A stretch of DNA of 62,304 bases, counting the filler. It is 5 parts of 5 records of this genome, joined end to end, with 100 filler letters (N's around TTAATTAATTAA, not from the genome) between each part and the next. Parts side by side here need not be neighbours in the genome. Positions count along the whole stretch, not along the records: positions 1 to 21,423 come from SRR31156797_19368; 4 more parts are not named here. One strand, 5' to 3'. The notes beneath the pieces are model-generated. The model made no database searches. It was not told the origin of the DNA and worked only from the letters and a program-made list of their open reading frames with translations. The position numbers and the translations under genes were made by a program. The number at the start of each line of letters is the position of its first letter. Position 1 is the stretch's first letter. This document shows, piece after piece, positions 1 through 10,379 of the stretch.

Positions 1-45
1 CCTGCATCTTGAGGTCACTTGAGTATATAATAAACTAATTGGCTT

Positions 46-615
46 TTGACGATGACACTCTATCAAATGTATATACGACTTATAACGGCCATTCTACTCT
101 TAACTTTATCCTGGTGTGGACAAGCGGCACAATGTAGTGAGCAAGAATGGAACAAAGCACTAGTTTCTCAACAATCTTTAGACAGCAAATATAATCATGT
201 TGCTAGCAAGTATAATCAGTGGCTGCCTACTTTCCACGCCTCTGTATTTTTACATCAAGAGTTCTCAACTCAGGAGTTACGCTATCTATGGAGCAAAAAT
301 GTCGATAACTTCCAACCAAAGGTCGAGCAACAAGTCTCTGTTGCTTTAAAATCCAGACAAACGATCAATGAACTTGTCGAGCAAGTGACAACCATACCAC
401 CAATTGTCAGGATACAAATAAGCACTTGGAAAGAAATTCAACAAGCGTGTAGAAATGGAAATCTCATCACCAATGAGATTGCGACCAACCAGTACATAGA
501 GGCCAATTCAGCTCTAAAACACGATGTCGCTAATTTAGCTGAAAAACTGAAAACACTGGAATCTGTTTATACTCGCGAGGTCGCAGTTCTTCAATCCATA
601 AACGTACTAGAATAA
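46..615 (+). CDS. Hypothetical secreted, helical protein (Vibrio)
   Basis: 189-aa ORF with an N-terminal hydrophobic signal peptide (AILLLTLSWCGQA); no family recognised; start codon uncertain. Confidence 0.7.
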   Translation: MTMTLYQMYIRLITAILLLTLSWCGQAAQCSEQEWNKALVSQQSLDSKYNHVASKYNQWLPTFHASVFLHQEFSTQELRYLWSKNVDNFQPKVEQQVSVALKSRQTINELVEQVTTIPPIVRIQISTWKEIQQACRNGNLITNEIATNQYIEANSALKHDVANLAEKLKTLESVYTREVAVLQSINVLE

Positions 616-731
616 ACTCGTCGTGAAGCGCCACACGACAGCACTTTACATTGTAAATTTATTCCTCATATTCACCACAAACATTCACCTAATTCCCCAT
701 AGGTAATACCGTTATGCTCGCCATTCTTATT

Positions 732-781
732 TGCGTTATTTTAGTGCAATAAATGCGGTGACACCGCTCTATTTTAGTGCA
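732..781. promoter_or_regulatory. Two NtrC-like enhancer sites
   Basis: TGCGTTATTTTAGTGCA (732-748) and CGCTCTATTTTAGTGCA (765-781), 33 bp apart; both resemble the NtrC consensus TGCACYA-N3-TRGTGCA. Confidence 0.6.
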
Positions 782-831
782 TTAGGTTTTTCTTATATTA
801 ATGAACCAAGACATGACATAGGTTTCAACTT

Positions 832-846
832 TGGCTCAAAACTTGT
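832..846 (+). promoter_or_regulatory. Candidate sigma54 (-24/-12) promoter for glgC
   Basis: TGGCTC-AAAAC-TTGT has the exact spacing of TGGCAC-N5-TTGC, with a GC to GT deviation at -12. Confidence 0.5.
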
Positions 847-1045
847 ACTACTCTGATTATACCGAGCAATTGCAATGTGTTTATTCAACAATTAATACTA
901 AAACCCGAGCGTTAATATCTACTAAAAATAGCTTAAATGGGAAAAACCTGCTCCATCAAAGGTCATCGTTGAAGTTTTGAATACTGCATTTTGACATCAC
1001 TTGGTAAAACTGGTTATGAATTGCACATATTTAGGGAGAAATAAG

Positions 1046-2263
1046 ATGCAAGACACCTTAGCTGTCGTATTAGCTGGAGGTATGGGTTCACGATTATCCC
1101 CCCTCACTGATGATCGGGCCAAGCCTGCTGTACCATTTGGCGGTAAATATCGGATTATCGATTTTACACTGACTAACTGCCTTCACTCTGGATTACGTAA
1201 GATCCTCGTACTCACCCAATACAAATCTCACTCGTTACAAAAACATCTACGTGATGGATGGTCCATCTTTAACCCGGAACTCGGAGAGTTTATCACCGTA
1301 ATACCGCCGCAAATGCGCAAAGGCGGTAAGTGGTATGAAGGTACCGCTGATGCTCTGTTCCATAATATGTGGCTTCTTTCACGAAGTGATGCTAAACATG
1401 TTGTTGTGCTGTCCGGTGACCACATCTACCGGATGGATTACGAAGCGATGTTAGAGGAGCATGTTGCGAAAGATGCCAAGTTAACCATCGCATGTATGGA
1501 AGTGCCTAAGAGTGAAGCAAGTGCATTCGGTGTGATGGCCGTGGATAAAGATAATCGAATCACCTCGTTCATCGAGAAGCCCGAAGATCCACCATCAACA
1601 CCAAGCAATCCCGATTCTAGCCTCGTCTCAATGGGAATCTATATTTTCTCGATGGAAGTGTTGCAACAAGCGCTGCATGAAGATTCAGAAGTAGAAGCGT
1701 CAAGCCACGATTTTGGCAAGGATATCATTCCTAAGCTGATTGAAACTCGCAGTGTGTTCGCTTACCAATTTAATAGCGACAAAGGTCGCGTATCACGTGA
1801 TAGCTACTGGCGAGATGTTGGTACTATAGATTCATTTTACGAGGCAAACATGGATTTATTGGAGCCGATACCGCCCATGAATCTGTATCAGAATAACTGG
1901 GCTATTCGAACGTATGAGCCGCAATTGCCACCAGCAAGGACTGTTTCATCAGCAACAGGTAATGAAGGTATTTTTATCAACTCCATTATCTCCAATGGCG
2001 TCATAAACTCCGGTGGCTCGGTACATCATTCAATTATTTCTGCTAGCGTGGTCATCAATGATAGTGCCACTGTTGTCGACAGCATCTTATTTGATGATGT
2101 CGAAGTCGGTGAAGGTTGCCAACTCGTCAATTGCATCATCGATAAACACGTTAAAATTCCACCCAATACCCAAATTGGTGTTAACGCTGTAGAAGATGCA
2201 AAACGTTTTAAGATCTCTTCTAAAGGTATTGTCGTAGTGCCAGAAAGTTATCAGTTCACCTAA
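1046..2263 (+). CDS. glgC: Glucose-1-phosphate adenylyltransferase
   Basis: [43 protein letters not shown] and YWRDVGT motifs; ATG at 1046 follows an AGGGAG RBS. Confidence 0.97.
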   Translation: MQDTLAVVLAGGMGSRLSPLTDDRAKPAVPFGGKYRIIDFTLTNCLHSGLRKILVLTQYKSHSLQKHLRDGWSIFNPELGEFITVIPPQMRKGGKWYEGTADALFHNMWLLSRSDAKHVVVLSGDHIYRMDYEAMLEEHVAKDAKLTIACMEVPKSEASAFGVMAVDKDNRITSFIEKPEDPPSTPSNPDSSLVSMGIYIFSMEVLQQALHEDSEVEASSHDFGKDIIPKLIETRSVFAYQFNSDKGRVSRDSYWRDVGTIDSFYEANMDLLEPIPPMNLYQNNWAIRTYEPQLPPARTVSSATGNEGIFINSIISNGVINSGGSVHHSIISASVVINDSATVVDSILFDDVEVGEGCQLVNCIIDKHVKIPPNTQIGVNAVEDAKRFKISSKGIVVVPESYQFT

Positions 2264-2614
2264 AATTTAAACCCTTCATGGGCGGTTGATACGCGACTAA
2301 TAGCCAATCACCGCCCGATAACTCTACCTTTCACTGATTTGTTCTTGCTAACAGCACAGCTCGACTCAACGCTCAACGGTTGAATTTACTACTCCCATCA
2401 AACTTTTTCGTTGTTATGTTGGATACGGAACAACATTTCCAATAAAAGAGATTGAATTAAATTGATGATTTCGTTATTAAATGGATTTGAACTCGGCAAA
2501 AGCAATAACTTCGGGCAAGTGTCTTCATCTTGTACAGGCGTTATCTATTCTTCATATTGGTCGTTTAGCATACCGAGTTCAGCTTGAGTACATCTATTAT
2601 TTGGGAATGCGTAA

Positions 2615-3070
2615 ATGAAAATAACCACCCGCACTATGCCAGCATCTAAACAAGTTGCGCTGGTCGCACACGATAACTGTAAGCCTGAACTATTACGATG
2701 GGTGAAAGAGAACAAAGAGAAATTACAACGCCACACTCTCTATGCAACAGGCACTACTGGTAATTTACTGCACAAAGAAACTGGCCTTTCTATTAAGAGT
2801 TTGATCAGTGGTCCAATGGGGGGAGACCAACAGTTAGGTGCTCTGATTTCTGAGGGAAAAATCGATGTTTTGATTTTCTTCTGGGATCCACTAAACGCAG
2901 TACCGCATGATCCCGACGTCAAGGCGCTACTACGTATAGCCAGTGTTTGGAACATCCCTGTAGCGACAAACCGCGCAAGCGCGAAGTTCCTATTTAATTC
3001 TGAGCTGATTGACAAAGAAGTTGATATCGAAATCCCTGACTATCAATCTTACTTGGCAGAACGCATATAA
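2615..3070 (+). CDS. mgsA: Methylglyoxal synthase
   Basis: [26 protein letters not shown] and PHDPDV motifs. Confidence 0.97.
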   Translation: MKITTRTMPASKQVALVAHDNCKPELLRWVKENKEKLQRHTLYATGTTGNLLHKETGLSIKSLISGPMGGDQQLGALISEGKIDVLIFFWDPLNAVPHDPDVKALLRIASVWNIPVATNRASAKFLFNSELIDKEVDIEIPDYQSYLAERI

Positions 3071-3097
3071 AAAAATCCCCGTAAGGGGATTTTTTTT
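3069..3097. terminator. Bidirectional intrinsic terminator
   Basis: AAAAAAATCCCC-GTAA-GGGGATTTTTTTT between convergent mgsA and pncA. Confidence 0.9.
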
Positions 3098-3109
3098 ATC
3101 TCTCAGTGA

Positions 3110-3730
3110 TCAATCCTCTACCAGTTCGCTCGATGTGATGAGCTTACATCCAGCTTGCTTCATTTGCGTTAATGCGCTGTTTACATCGCCTTGTGCCATT
3201 TCAACACCGCGACACGCGTCCTGAACAACAAAGGTGTTAAAGCCCAACGACAGCGCATCTAACGCGGTAAATTTGACACAATAATCGGTTGCTAACCCCA
3301 CCAAATATACGTCCGTAATACCTATAGAGTTTAAATAGTCACCCAGACCGGTCGCTTGCAATCGTTGGTTATCAAAAAAGCCACTGTAGCTATCAATCTC
3401 GATATTAGTGCCTTTATGAATGATGTGTGTAATCGCATCAACATCTAAACCAGGAATAAATTCTGCGCCTGTGGTGTTTTGGACGCAGTGATCAGGCCAC
3501 ATTACTTGTGGGATGCCATTCAAATTAATGACCTCACCCACCGGTGTATTGTTCGTTGATGCAAAACTGGCATGACCAACCGGATGCCAATCTTTCGTCG
3601 CAATAACATGCTCAAATTTTGGAATTAGCTGATTAATCACCGGGACAATTTGATCACCTTCGGCGACAGGCAAAGCCCCGGAAGGCGAGAAATCGATTTG
3701 AACGTCGACCAATATAAGCGCTTTACTCAT
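3110..3730 (-). CDS. pncA: Nicotinamidase/pyrazinamidase
   Basis: LVDVQIDF, DWHP..H.SF, WPDHCVQ, DSYSGF and GLATDYCV motifs. Confidence 0.95.
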   Translation of the reverse strand: MSKALILVDVQIDFSPSGALPVAEGDQIVPVINQLIPKFEHVIATKDWHPVGHASFASTNNTPVGEVINLNGIPQVMWPDHCVQNTTGAEFIPGLDVDAITHIIHKGTNIEIDSYSGFFDNQRLQATGLGDYLNSIGITDVYLVGLATDYCVKFTALDALSLGFNTFVVQDACRGVEMAQGDVNSALTQMKQAGCKLITSSELVED

Positions 3731-3758
3731 GGTTAATCCTTTCCAAGTCTTAGGTTAT

Positions 3759-5822
3759 TTACTTATGTTTGATGACGGGATAGCCGCCCTCTAACAACTC
3801 TTGAACAAATACCGAGCCCGCACCAGTGTGTGTTATCCATACCTTTTCCTTAGCACGCGTCATGGCTACATAAAACAAGCGTCGCTCTTCGGCATAAGCA
3901 TAATTGTCTGGTGATTGTGTTAACGCACTATCCAAATGCAACGCTTTTACTTTAGCAGGAAACTGACCTTCATCGACGGATAACAAAATCACAAAGTCAG
4001 CCTCTTTGCCTTTACTCGCATGGCAAGTCATAAAATCTAACTTAAGTGATAAGAAACGATTCTTCCAATCATTAAGAAGTTCGGGTTGGTGGTAATGATT
4101 ACGCCCTAGTAGCAAAACGGTTTTCACACTTGACGCTTTTCGATTCAGTTCATCAAGGATCTTCTCGACTTTAGCACTAGGAGCCACTGCAACAGATTTA
4201 CTGTTTTTTGTCTTAACACTGTTAAGCGCTTTACGCCTCTGAACGGGATTTTGCTGAATAAACTGGTTAGCCACTTCCCCAAGTTTGTCGTTGAAACGAT
4301 AAGTTATGTCTAAATGGTGAACCGTGGAGTAAGGCATTCTAGATTCAAAGCTGGTAGTAAGGTCCACGTCCGAACCTGCAAACTGATAGATAGACTGCCA
4401 ATCATCACCCACCGCAAATAACGTCGCTTTATTCGATGCTTGCTCACACAAAGCTTGAATAAGATCTAATCGCTGTGGCGAGATATCTTGGTACTCATCG
4501 ATCATAATAAACCGCCACGGTGACTTAAATTTTCCTTTTGACACGTATTCGGTCGCGCGACTGATCATTATGTTGAAATCAATGTGATTATTATCTTTAA
4601 GCATTTGCTGCCAAGCTTGATAGCATGGCCAGCACAACGAAAGCTCACTGTTCAAACGGGGATAATCCGGATGCTCAATCAATCTCTCTTGTACCGATTT
4701 TTTATTGATTCCTAGTAAAGCCAATTGATCTAACTGTTTTTCCAGCCAAGAGATCAACTTAGGGTTCTCTACATGGCTCCCTAGCTCATCATCACCCGCT
4801 AAATAAGCAATCGGCCATTTAGATAAATGCTTTTGCCAACGTTTGAAGTTTGTTGGCGTCATCCAATGGCGCTTCAACCAATCAATACACCATGCCGATT
4901 TAAGTTTGTTATCGAGTGCGATAGGCGAAATAGTCACTGCGTTACCCTCGACTTGATTTAAAATACTCAAACCCAGTTGATGGAAGGTATTGACTCGAAC
5001 TTTCTCAGCCGCAATCCCGAGCTTATTATTAAGCCGTTGATCCATCTCACCAGCCGCATCACGTCCAAACGCCACAAGTAAGATTTCTTCAGATTGAGCT
5101 AGGTGACTTTGTAACAGATAAGCAACCCTTGCCGTTAAAACACTGGTCTTGCCAGAACCTGCGCCCGCCAAAACTAAATTATGATCATCATTTAACAACA
5201 CGGCTTGTTGTTGAGATATGTTTAGTGGAGATGACTCTACCTGATTAAATAATACTTCCCAATTTAAACGCTCGGTATCGATCCAACGTTGATTTCTCTG
5301 ACTAAGCTGCTCAGAAGTATCAAGAATCCAAGGAGACAACATAGAGATATGCTCAGGCAATCGTTTATGCGCTTCTTCTAAAGACATGCCCATAGTGGTC
5401 AAATCGTCATATACACGATTGACCCAATCATCGACTTTAGAATGAGGTAGAAAAGAAGGTAAACGCACTAAACGGGTTAGCTCTTCCTGCCATTGAGGTA
5501 GATACTGGCTAAGCTGACGACACTGCTTGTTATGCCACTCTTGATATATAGCAACGACACGATGAGCGAACTTACGGCAATCTGGCCAAGGCAAGCCCTG
5601 AACCAACCAACTGCGCTTTTGCCCATTCTCTTCATGGGCGAAAAATTGAAGCCCACCCCAAATCGCACCTCGATGTACTTTTATCGTGCCATTCCAAACG
5701 TTAAACGGAATATGCTCCTCGCTCGAATAAGACGACAGAATGATACATTCTTCACCCAGTTCGACCTGATTATATTCAGTTGAAATAAAAAATTGTGCAG
5801 TCTTATTAGCTTTCAGCTGCAT
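3759..5822 (-). CDS. helD: DNA helicase IV
   Basis: UvrD-type motifs LAGAGSGKT, IDEYQD, VGDDWQSIY, TCHASKGKEAD and EERRLFYVAMTRA; 687 aa with a HelD-type N-terminus. Confidence 0.93.
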   Translation of the reverse strand: MQLKANKTAQFFISTEYNQVELGEECIILSSYSSEEHIPFNVWNGTIKVHRGAIWGGLQFFAHEENGQKRSWLVQGLPWPDCRKFAHRVVAIYQEWHNKQCRQLSQYLPQWQEELTRLVRLPSFLPHSKVDDWVNRVYDDLTTMGMSLEEAHKRLPEHISMLSPWILDTSEQLSQRNQRWIDTERLNWEVLFNQVESSPLNISQQQAVLLNDDHNLVLAGAGSGKTSVLTARVAYLLQSHLAQSEEILLVAFGRDAAGEMDQRLNNKLGIAAEKVRVNTFHQLGLSILNQVEGNAVTISPIALDNKLKSAWCIDWLKRHWMTPTNFKRWQKHLSKWPIAYLAGDDELGSHVENPKLISWLEKQLDQLALLGINKKSVQERLIEHPDYPRLNSELSLCWPCYQAWQQMLKDNNHIDFNIMISRATEYVSKGKFKSPWRFIMIDEYQDISPQRLDLIQALCEQASNKATLFAVGDDWQSIYQFAGSDVDLTTSFESRMPYSTVHHLDITYRFNDKLGEVANQFIQQNPVQRRKALNSVKTKNSKSVAVAPSAKVEKILDELNRKASSVKTVLLLGRNHYHQPELLNDWKNRFLSLKLDFMTCHASKGKEADFVILLSVDEGQFPAKVKALHLDSALTQSPDNYAYAEERRLFYVAMTRAKEKVWITHTGAGSVFVQELLEGGYPVIKHK

Positions 5823-6014
5823 TGCTATCTGCTCTTAGAATTGGTTAACTCAATGTGACGTTCTTATACTAACCTATTCACTTTGCTCTAAGCCAACATA
5901 ATGTCAAGAGTGGAATTAGCGTCATATCGAGATTATTTGTTTAATTTGATCAAAACGTTATTGATTCAGTCTGATACACTTAATCATCTTCCGGTTTAAG
6001 CTTCTTGGATCACT

Positions 6015-8177
6015 GTGCATTTTATAAAACGACTTCGTCTACATTGGGCTAACAAAACTATTAACTATAGTGTTCTTATTTTTATCGCTTTGTTGGGTGT
6101 TGTCGTCCCAACTTGGTATTACAACCTCAATACTTGGGTTACGCCATTAATTTTAGGTGTTATTGCCGCCGCACTTGCCGAACGAGATGACAGTTTTACT
6201 GGTCGTCTAAAAGGTATCATCTTAACCTTCATCTGTTTTGCTTTAGCCGCGTTTTCGATAGAAATTCTGTTTAAGACTCCAGTGCTGTTTGCAATTGGCT
6301 TATTTGTTTCGACTTTCGGCTTTATTATGCTTGGAGCGATCGGCTCAAAATACGCCAGCATCGCTTTTGGCTCATTGCTCATCGCCATCTATACCATGTT
6401 GGGAGCACATCAAAGTTCCAACATATGGTTTCAACCTCTGTTGTTACTGAGCGGCGCGGCCTGGTACTACTTACTTTCTATGGTTTGGCACCTATGCTGG
6501 CCACTGCAACCTGTCCAGCAAAGTTTAGCGAATGTATTTAACCAACTTGGTAACTACTTTGATGCCAAGGCTGAACTGTTTCATCCCATACAAGATCTAA
6601 CACCCCAACCCCACAGAATTACTGAAGCGAATTTAAATGCCGCAACTGTGTCGGCTTTGAATCAATGTAAAGCCGAATTTCTAACCCGTTCAAAAAGAGG
6701 TCATGTCGATAGTACCAGTGATCGATTTTTAGCTATTTACTTTTTAGCGCAAGATATTCATGAGCGAATCAGTTCAACTCACTATCGTTATCAAGAACTC
6801 GCCACTCATTTTGAACGTTCGGACGTATTGTTTCGATTTAAGCACTTGTTGCAACAACAAGCTCATTCCTGTCGTGTTATTGCCCAATCTATCAAGTCGG
6901 GAATTTCGTACAGCCATGACAGTGATTCGATCATCGCGTTAGATGAGTTGCAGCTCTCACTTAATTTCTTACAACAGCAGCACAACCAAGACTGGAAAAC
7001 GTCTTTAACTCAGCTTGGTTACCTGTTCAACAACCTAGCAACCATCGAAAAGCAACTGAACAATGTCAACAACCCTGATACGATAAAATCTGAAGACGAT
7101 ACTTTACAAGATAATGAAGTTCATACGCTGAAATCGATGTGGTTACGGGTTAAATCCAATTTAACCACCGATTCGCTATTATTTCGACATGCCATACGTA
7201 TGTCGATTGCACTGACAGCAGGGTACGGCATTATTCAGGGGCTAGGTCTCGAGCGTGGCTACTGGATATTATTAACAACACTGTTTGTATGTCAGCCCAA
7301 CTACGCCTCAACCCGACAAAAACTCAAAGCGAGGATTATTGGAACGTTAGCGGGATTGTTAATTGGCGTTCCACTTTTAACGCTCTTCCCTTCCCTTGAA
7401 AGTCAGTTGGTTTTTATTGTTATCTCGGGAGTGATGTTCTTCGCTTTTCGTATCAACAACTATGGCTACGCTACTGGGTTTATTACCATACTGGTGCTGT
7501 TTTGTTTCAACCAGTTGGGAGAAGGTTATGCGGTGGTGCTGCCACGTTTAGCCGACACATTAACGGGATGCGCATTAGCGGTATTCGCGGTCTACTTCAT
7601 TCTTCCGGATTGGCAATCAAAACGTTTACATAAAGTGATGGCAGAAGCCATTGATGCCAACAAACAGTACCTCGGCCAAATCATTGGTCAGTACCGGATA
7701 GGGAAAAAAGATAACTTAAGTTACCGCATAGCAAGACGCCATGCCCACAACCAAGACTCTGCGCTGGCATTAGCGGTCAGCAATATGCTTGCTGAGCCCG
7801 GTAAGTACCGTACAGCAACAAATGAAAGCTATCGCTTTCTGACGCTTAATCACGCTCTACTAAGTTACATATCAGCATTGGGCGCGCACCGTACTCGTAT
7901 AGAAGAAGAAACGGTACATCGACTCGTTCTCGATTCTCACCGAGTAATACACCAACACTTAGATGCGCTTCATCAGCAACTGTTTAACCACAGCAACGAG
8001 TCTGACCTGAAGATGATCGAAGATTTAGGGATAACAGAAAGACTGAGCGAGTGGCGGGAAGAAGATAACAGCTCTGCAAGGATGGTGTTACAACAGCTGC
8101 ACTTGATCTATCGTATGCTGCCAGAGCTACATTCTCTTGCGGCCAAATTTGCGGTTCGAGTAAATAACGATAAGTAA
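6015..8177 (+). CDS. yccS: YccS/YhfK family (FUSC-like) inner-membrane transporter
   Basis: Two multi-TM blocks; FRHAIR..GYWILLT.LFVCQP and RIIGTLAG motifs; divergent from helD. Confidence 0.88.
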   Translation: MHFIKRLRLHWANKTINYSVLIFIALLGVVVPTWYYNLNTWVTPLILGVIAAALAERDDSFTGRLKGIILTFICFALAAFSIEILFKTPVLFAIGLFVSTFGFIMLGAIGSKYASIAFGSLLIAIYTMLGAHQSSNIWFQPLLLLSGAAWYYLLSMVWHLCWPLQPVQQSLANVFNQLGNYFDAKAELFHPIQDLTPQPHRITEANLNAATVSALNQCKAEFLTRSKRGHVDSTSDRFLAIYFLAQDIHERISSTHYRYQELATHFERSDVLFRFKHLLQQQAHSCRVIAQSIKSGISYSHDSDSIIALDELQLSLNFLQQQHNQDWKTSLTQLGYLFNNLATIEKQLNNVNNPDTIKSEDDTLQDNEVHTLKSMWLRVKSNLTTDSLLFRHAIRMSIALTAGYGIIQGLGLERGYWILLTTLFVCQPNYASTRQKLKARIIGTLAGLLIGVPLLTLFPSLESQLVFIVISGVMFFAFRINNYGYATGFITILVLFCFNQLGEGYAVVLPRLADTLTGCALAVFAVYFILPDWQSKRLHKVMAEAIDANKQYLGQIIGQYRIGKKDNLSYRIARRHAHNQDSALALAVSNMLAEPGKYRTATNESYRFLTLNHALLSYISALGAHRTRIEEETVHRLVLDSHRVIHQHLDALHQQLFNHSNESDLKMIEDLGITERLSEWREEDNSSARMVLQQLHLIYRMLPELHSLAAKFAVRVNNDK

Positions 8178-8412
8178 CCAATATGACTCATAACTAAGAA
8201 TGAAATAGGCGCAAAAATTAGACAAAATGCGTAAACCTGTCGGTATCTTGTCATTTAACATTGTTCATAAAATAGTCTGACAATTCTCGGACATAAGCGC
8301 GTGGTTGAACATGAATACTAAAAGTCAGATTTATCCTACTTAAGTGAGGGTGGTCGTGAATCCGAAAAAAGTATTTGTAGACCGAGAAAGCAGGTTATCG
8401 CAGGAAATCATT

Positions 8413-8574
8413 ATGAACAGTGCTCAGTTTGACTCATTTAAATCTCAGCTCAGTCAGCTTACACCGCAACAACTACGTTCTTTGCAAGGTGAAATTAATC
8501 AGTCACTGGAAACCAACCAAAGTGAGTTAGTAACCAATGAAGAACTAGAAATGATTGCACAACTGTTTTCATAG
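8413..8574 (+). CDS. Small hypothetical protein
   Basis: ATG at 8413 after CAGGA; 53-aa amphipathic helical sequence. Confidence 0.55.
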   Translation: MNSAQFDSFKSQLSQLTPQQLRSLQGEINQSLETNQSELVTNEELEMIAQLFS

Positions 8575-8654
8575 CCAAAAGCGATATTCACCAACAAAGC
8601 TTGCACAATATTTAAACACAACATAAACTTTTTAAGAGTCAAAAGGAAAAGTGT

Positions 8655-8945
8655 ATGTCTGTATCTTCGATTCAAAACGGTTACCCCATTATTCAACAGT
8701 CACAAAAAATGGCTGATGAAGCGTCCTACGATATTCAGCAATCCGCACAAAACAGAAACGATTTCAGTAACCAGAGTGCTCTGGCGTTCAACGACGCGGA
8801 AAACGTGAAAGTTAAGCAACCCAGTGAAAGCGATATTGATTCGTTAGTAAAACTGAATCAAGCCACTCAGTATAATCGTGTCGGTACCAACGTCATTCAA
8901 CGTGAGCAAGACATGATTGGTAGCCTGTTAGATCTGCACATTTAA
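8655..8945 (+). CDS. Small hypothetical protein with a C-terminal G.LLD.. motif (YjfB-like)
   Basis: AAGGA RBS; 96 aa ending MIGSLLDLHI. Confidence 0.65.
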   Translation: MSVSSIQNGYPIIQQSQKMADEASYDIQQSAQNRNDFSNQSALAFNDAENVKVKQPSESDIDSLVKLNQATQYNRVGTNVIQREQDMIGSLLDLHI

Positions 8946-9032
8946 GCTTTTTTACACTTCCTTTTTTGCCAAACATTTGTGTTTGAGCCCCTTGTCAGTA
9001 CAATGCCTGCAAATTGTTTTAAATGATCTGCT

Positions 9033-10289
9033 ATGCCAAAACTAAATCTACAGCGCCGTGATACTCATGCTGTTCATCACTCTCTTGATGACAACGAGTT
9101 AGACAATGCTCTGCGACCAAACTTCGACAAGCCCATAAACACTTTACCCGCGAGTTCTAAGTTAACACCGAACACGGTTAATAGTCGTTGGGCGTGTCTT
9201 AATCAACCGCAAGCTCGAGCTGTGTTGTTGGATCCGACCACTGAGCACACCATGGACGCATACAGCAAGAACATCGAGTATTTTATCGGCAGTGTTAAGA
9301 TACCGGTTGGTATTGCTGGGCCCCTCAGAGTGCATGGTTTACACGCGAATGGGGATTACAACATTCCGCTTGCGACCACAGAGGCTGCATTGGTCGCCTC
9401 ATACCACCGAGGCAGTAAACTGATTACACGTGCAGGCGGCGCTAGTGCAATGTTACTTAACGAAGGCGTGACGCGTACACCAGCCTTTGCTTTTTACAAC
9501 CTAGCTCAAGCCGGCCAGTTCGTCGCTTGGGTTGTGACTCAATACGATACATTTAAAACTATCGCCGAGAACACGACCAATCACGGACAACTCCACGATA
9601 TCAATGTCAATATCGAAGGCAACCATGTCTACCTTGTATTTGAGTACCTAACGGGTGATGCCTCTGGTCAAAACATGGTGACTATCGCGACTCATGCGAT
9701 ATTCGAGTTCATTATGCAGCACTCTCCGATTGAACCAGAATACTCATTTCTTGATGGAAACTTGTCAGGAGATAAAAAAGCCAATAGCCATTCATTGCGT
9801 AGTGTTCGTGGTAAAAAAGTCACAGCAGAAGTGCACCTCTCTGCCGAGCTAATTCAAAAATACCTGCATACCACTCCAGAAAAAATGGTTCGATTCGGCC
9901 AAGTTACGACAGTTGGCGGCGCGCTCAGTGGCACAATTGGTGTCAACGCTCATTATGCCAACGCTCTCACGGCTCTCTATATTGCTTGCGGGCAAGACCC
10001 AGCTTGCGTTGCAGAATCTGCGGTCGGAATGACTCGAATGGAAATCAATAAAGATGGTGGCTTATACGCGTGTGTCACTCTACCTAATATCATGGTTGGT
10101 ACTGTAGGTGGAGGAACTCACTTACCCAGCCAGAAAGCATGTTTAGATATATTGGGGCTTGCCGGCACGGGGAACGCACGAGCGCTAGCTGAAGTGACAG
10201 CGTCACTATGCTTAGCCGGTGAATTGTCGATTGTTGGTGCATTTTGCGCGGGGCATTTTTCACGGGCGCATCATAAGTTGGCTCGTTGA
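9033..10289 (+). CDS. HMG-CoA reductase, class I (archaeal/eukaryote-like)
   Basis: NIEYFIG, PLATTEAALVAS, DASGQNM, ACGQDPA and VGTVGGGT motifs. Confidence 0.92.
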   Translation: MPKLNLQRRDTHAVHHSLDDNELDNALRPNFDKPINTLPASSKLTPNTVNSRWACLNQPQARAVLLDPTTEHTMDAYSKNIEYFIGSVKIPVGIAGPLRVHGLHANGDYNIPLATTEAALVASYHRGSKLITRAGGASAMLLNEGVTRTPAFAFYNLAQAGQFVAWVVTQYDTFKTIAENTTNHGQLHDINVNIEGNHVYLVFEYLTGDASGQNMVTIATHAIFEFIMQHSPIEPEYSFLDGNLSGDKKANSHSLRSVRGKKVTAEVHLSAELIQKYLHTTPEKMVRFGQVTTVGGALSGTIGVNAHYANALTALYIACGQDPACVAESAVGMTRMEINKDGGLYACVTLPNIMVGTVGGGTHLPSQKACLDILGLAGTGNARALAEVTASLCLAGELSIVGAFCAGHFSRAHHKLAR

Positions 10290-10301
10290 GAAAAACACAA
10301 T

Positions 10302-10342
10302 GTGACTTCTATCTTGATTAATCAAACCGTGGTAGAAGTCAC
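10302..10342. terminator. Hairpin between convergent HMG-CoA reductase and modC
   Basis: GTGACTTCTATC...GGTAGAAGTCAC inverted repeat. Confidence 0.55.
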
Positions 10343-10379
10343 TGACTACAGACAAGTTTCGGTACCAAATGCTCTGCTG

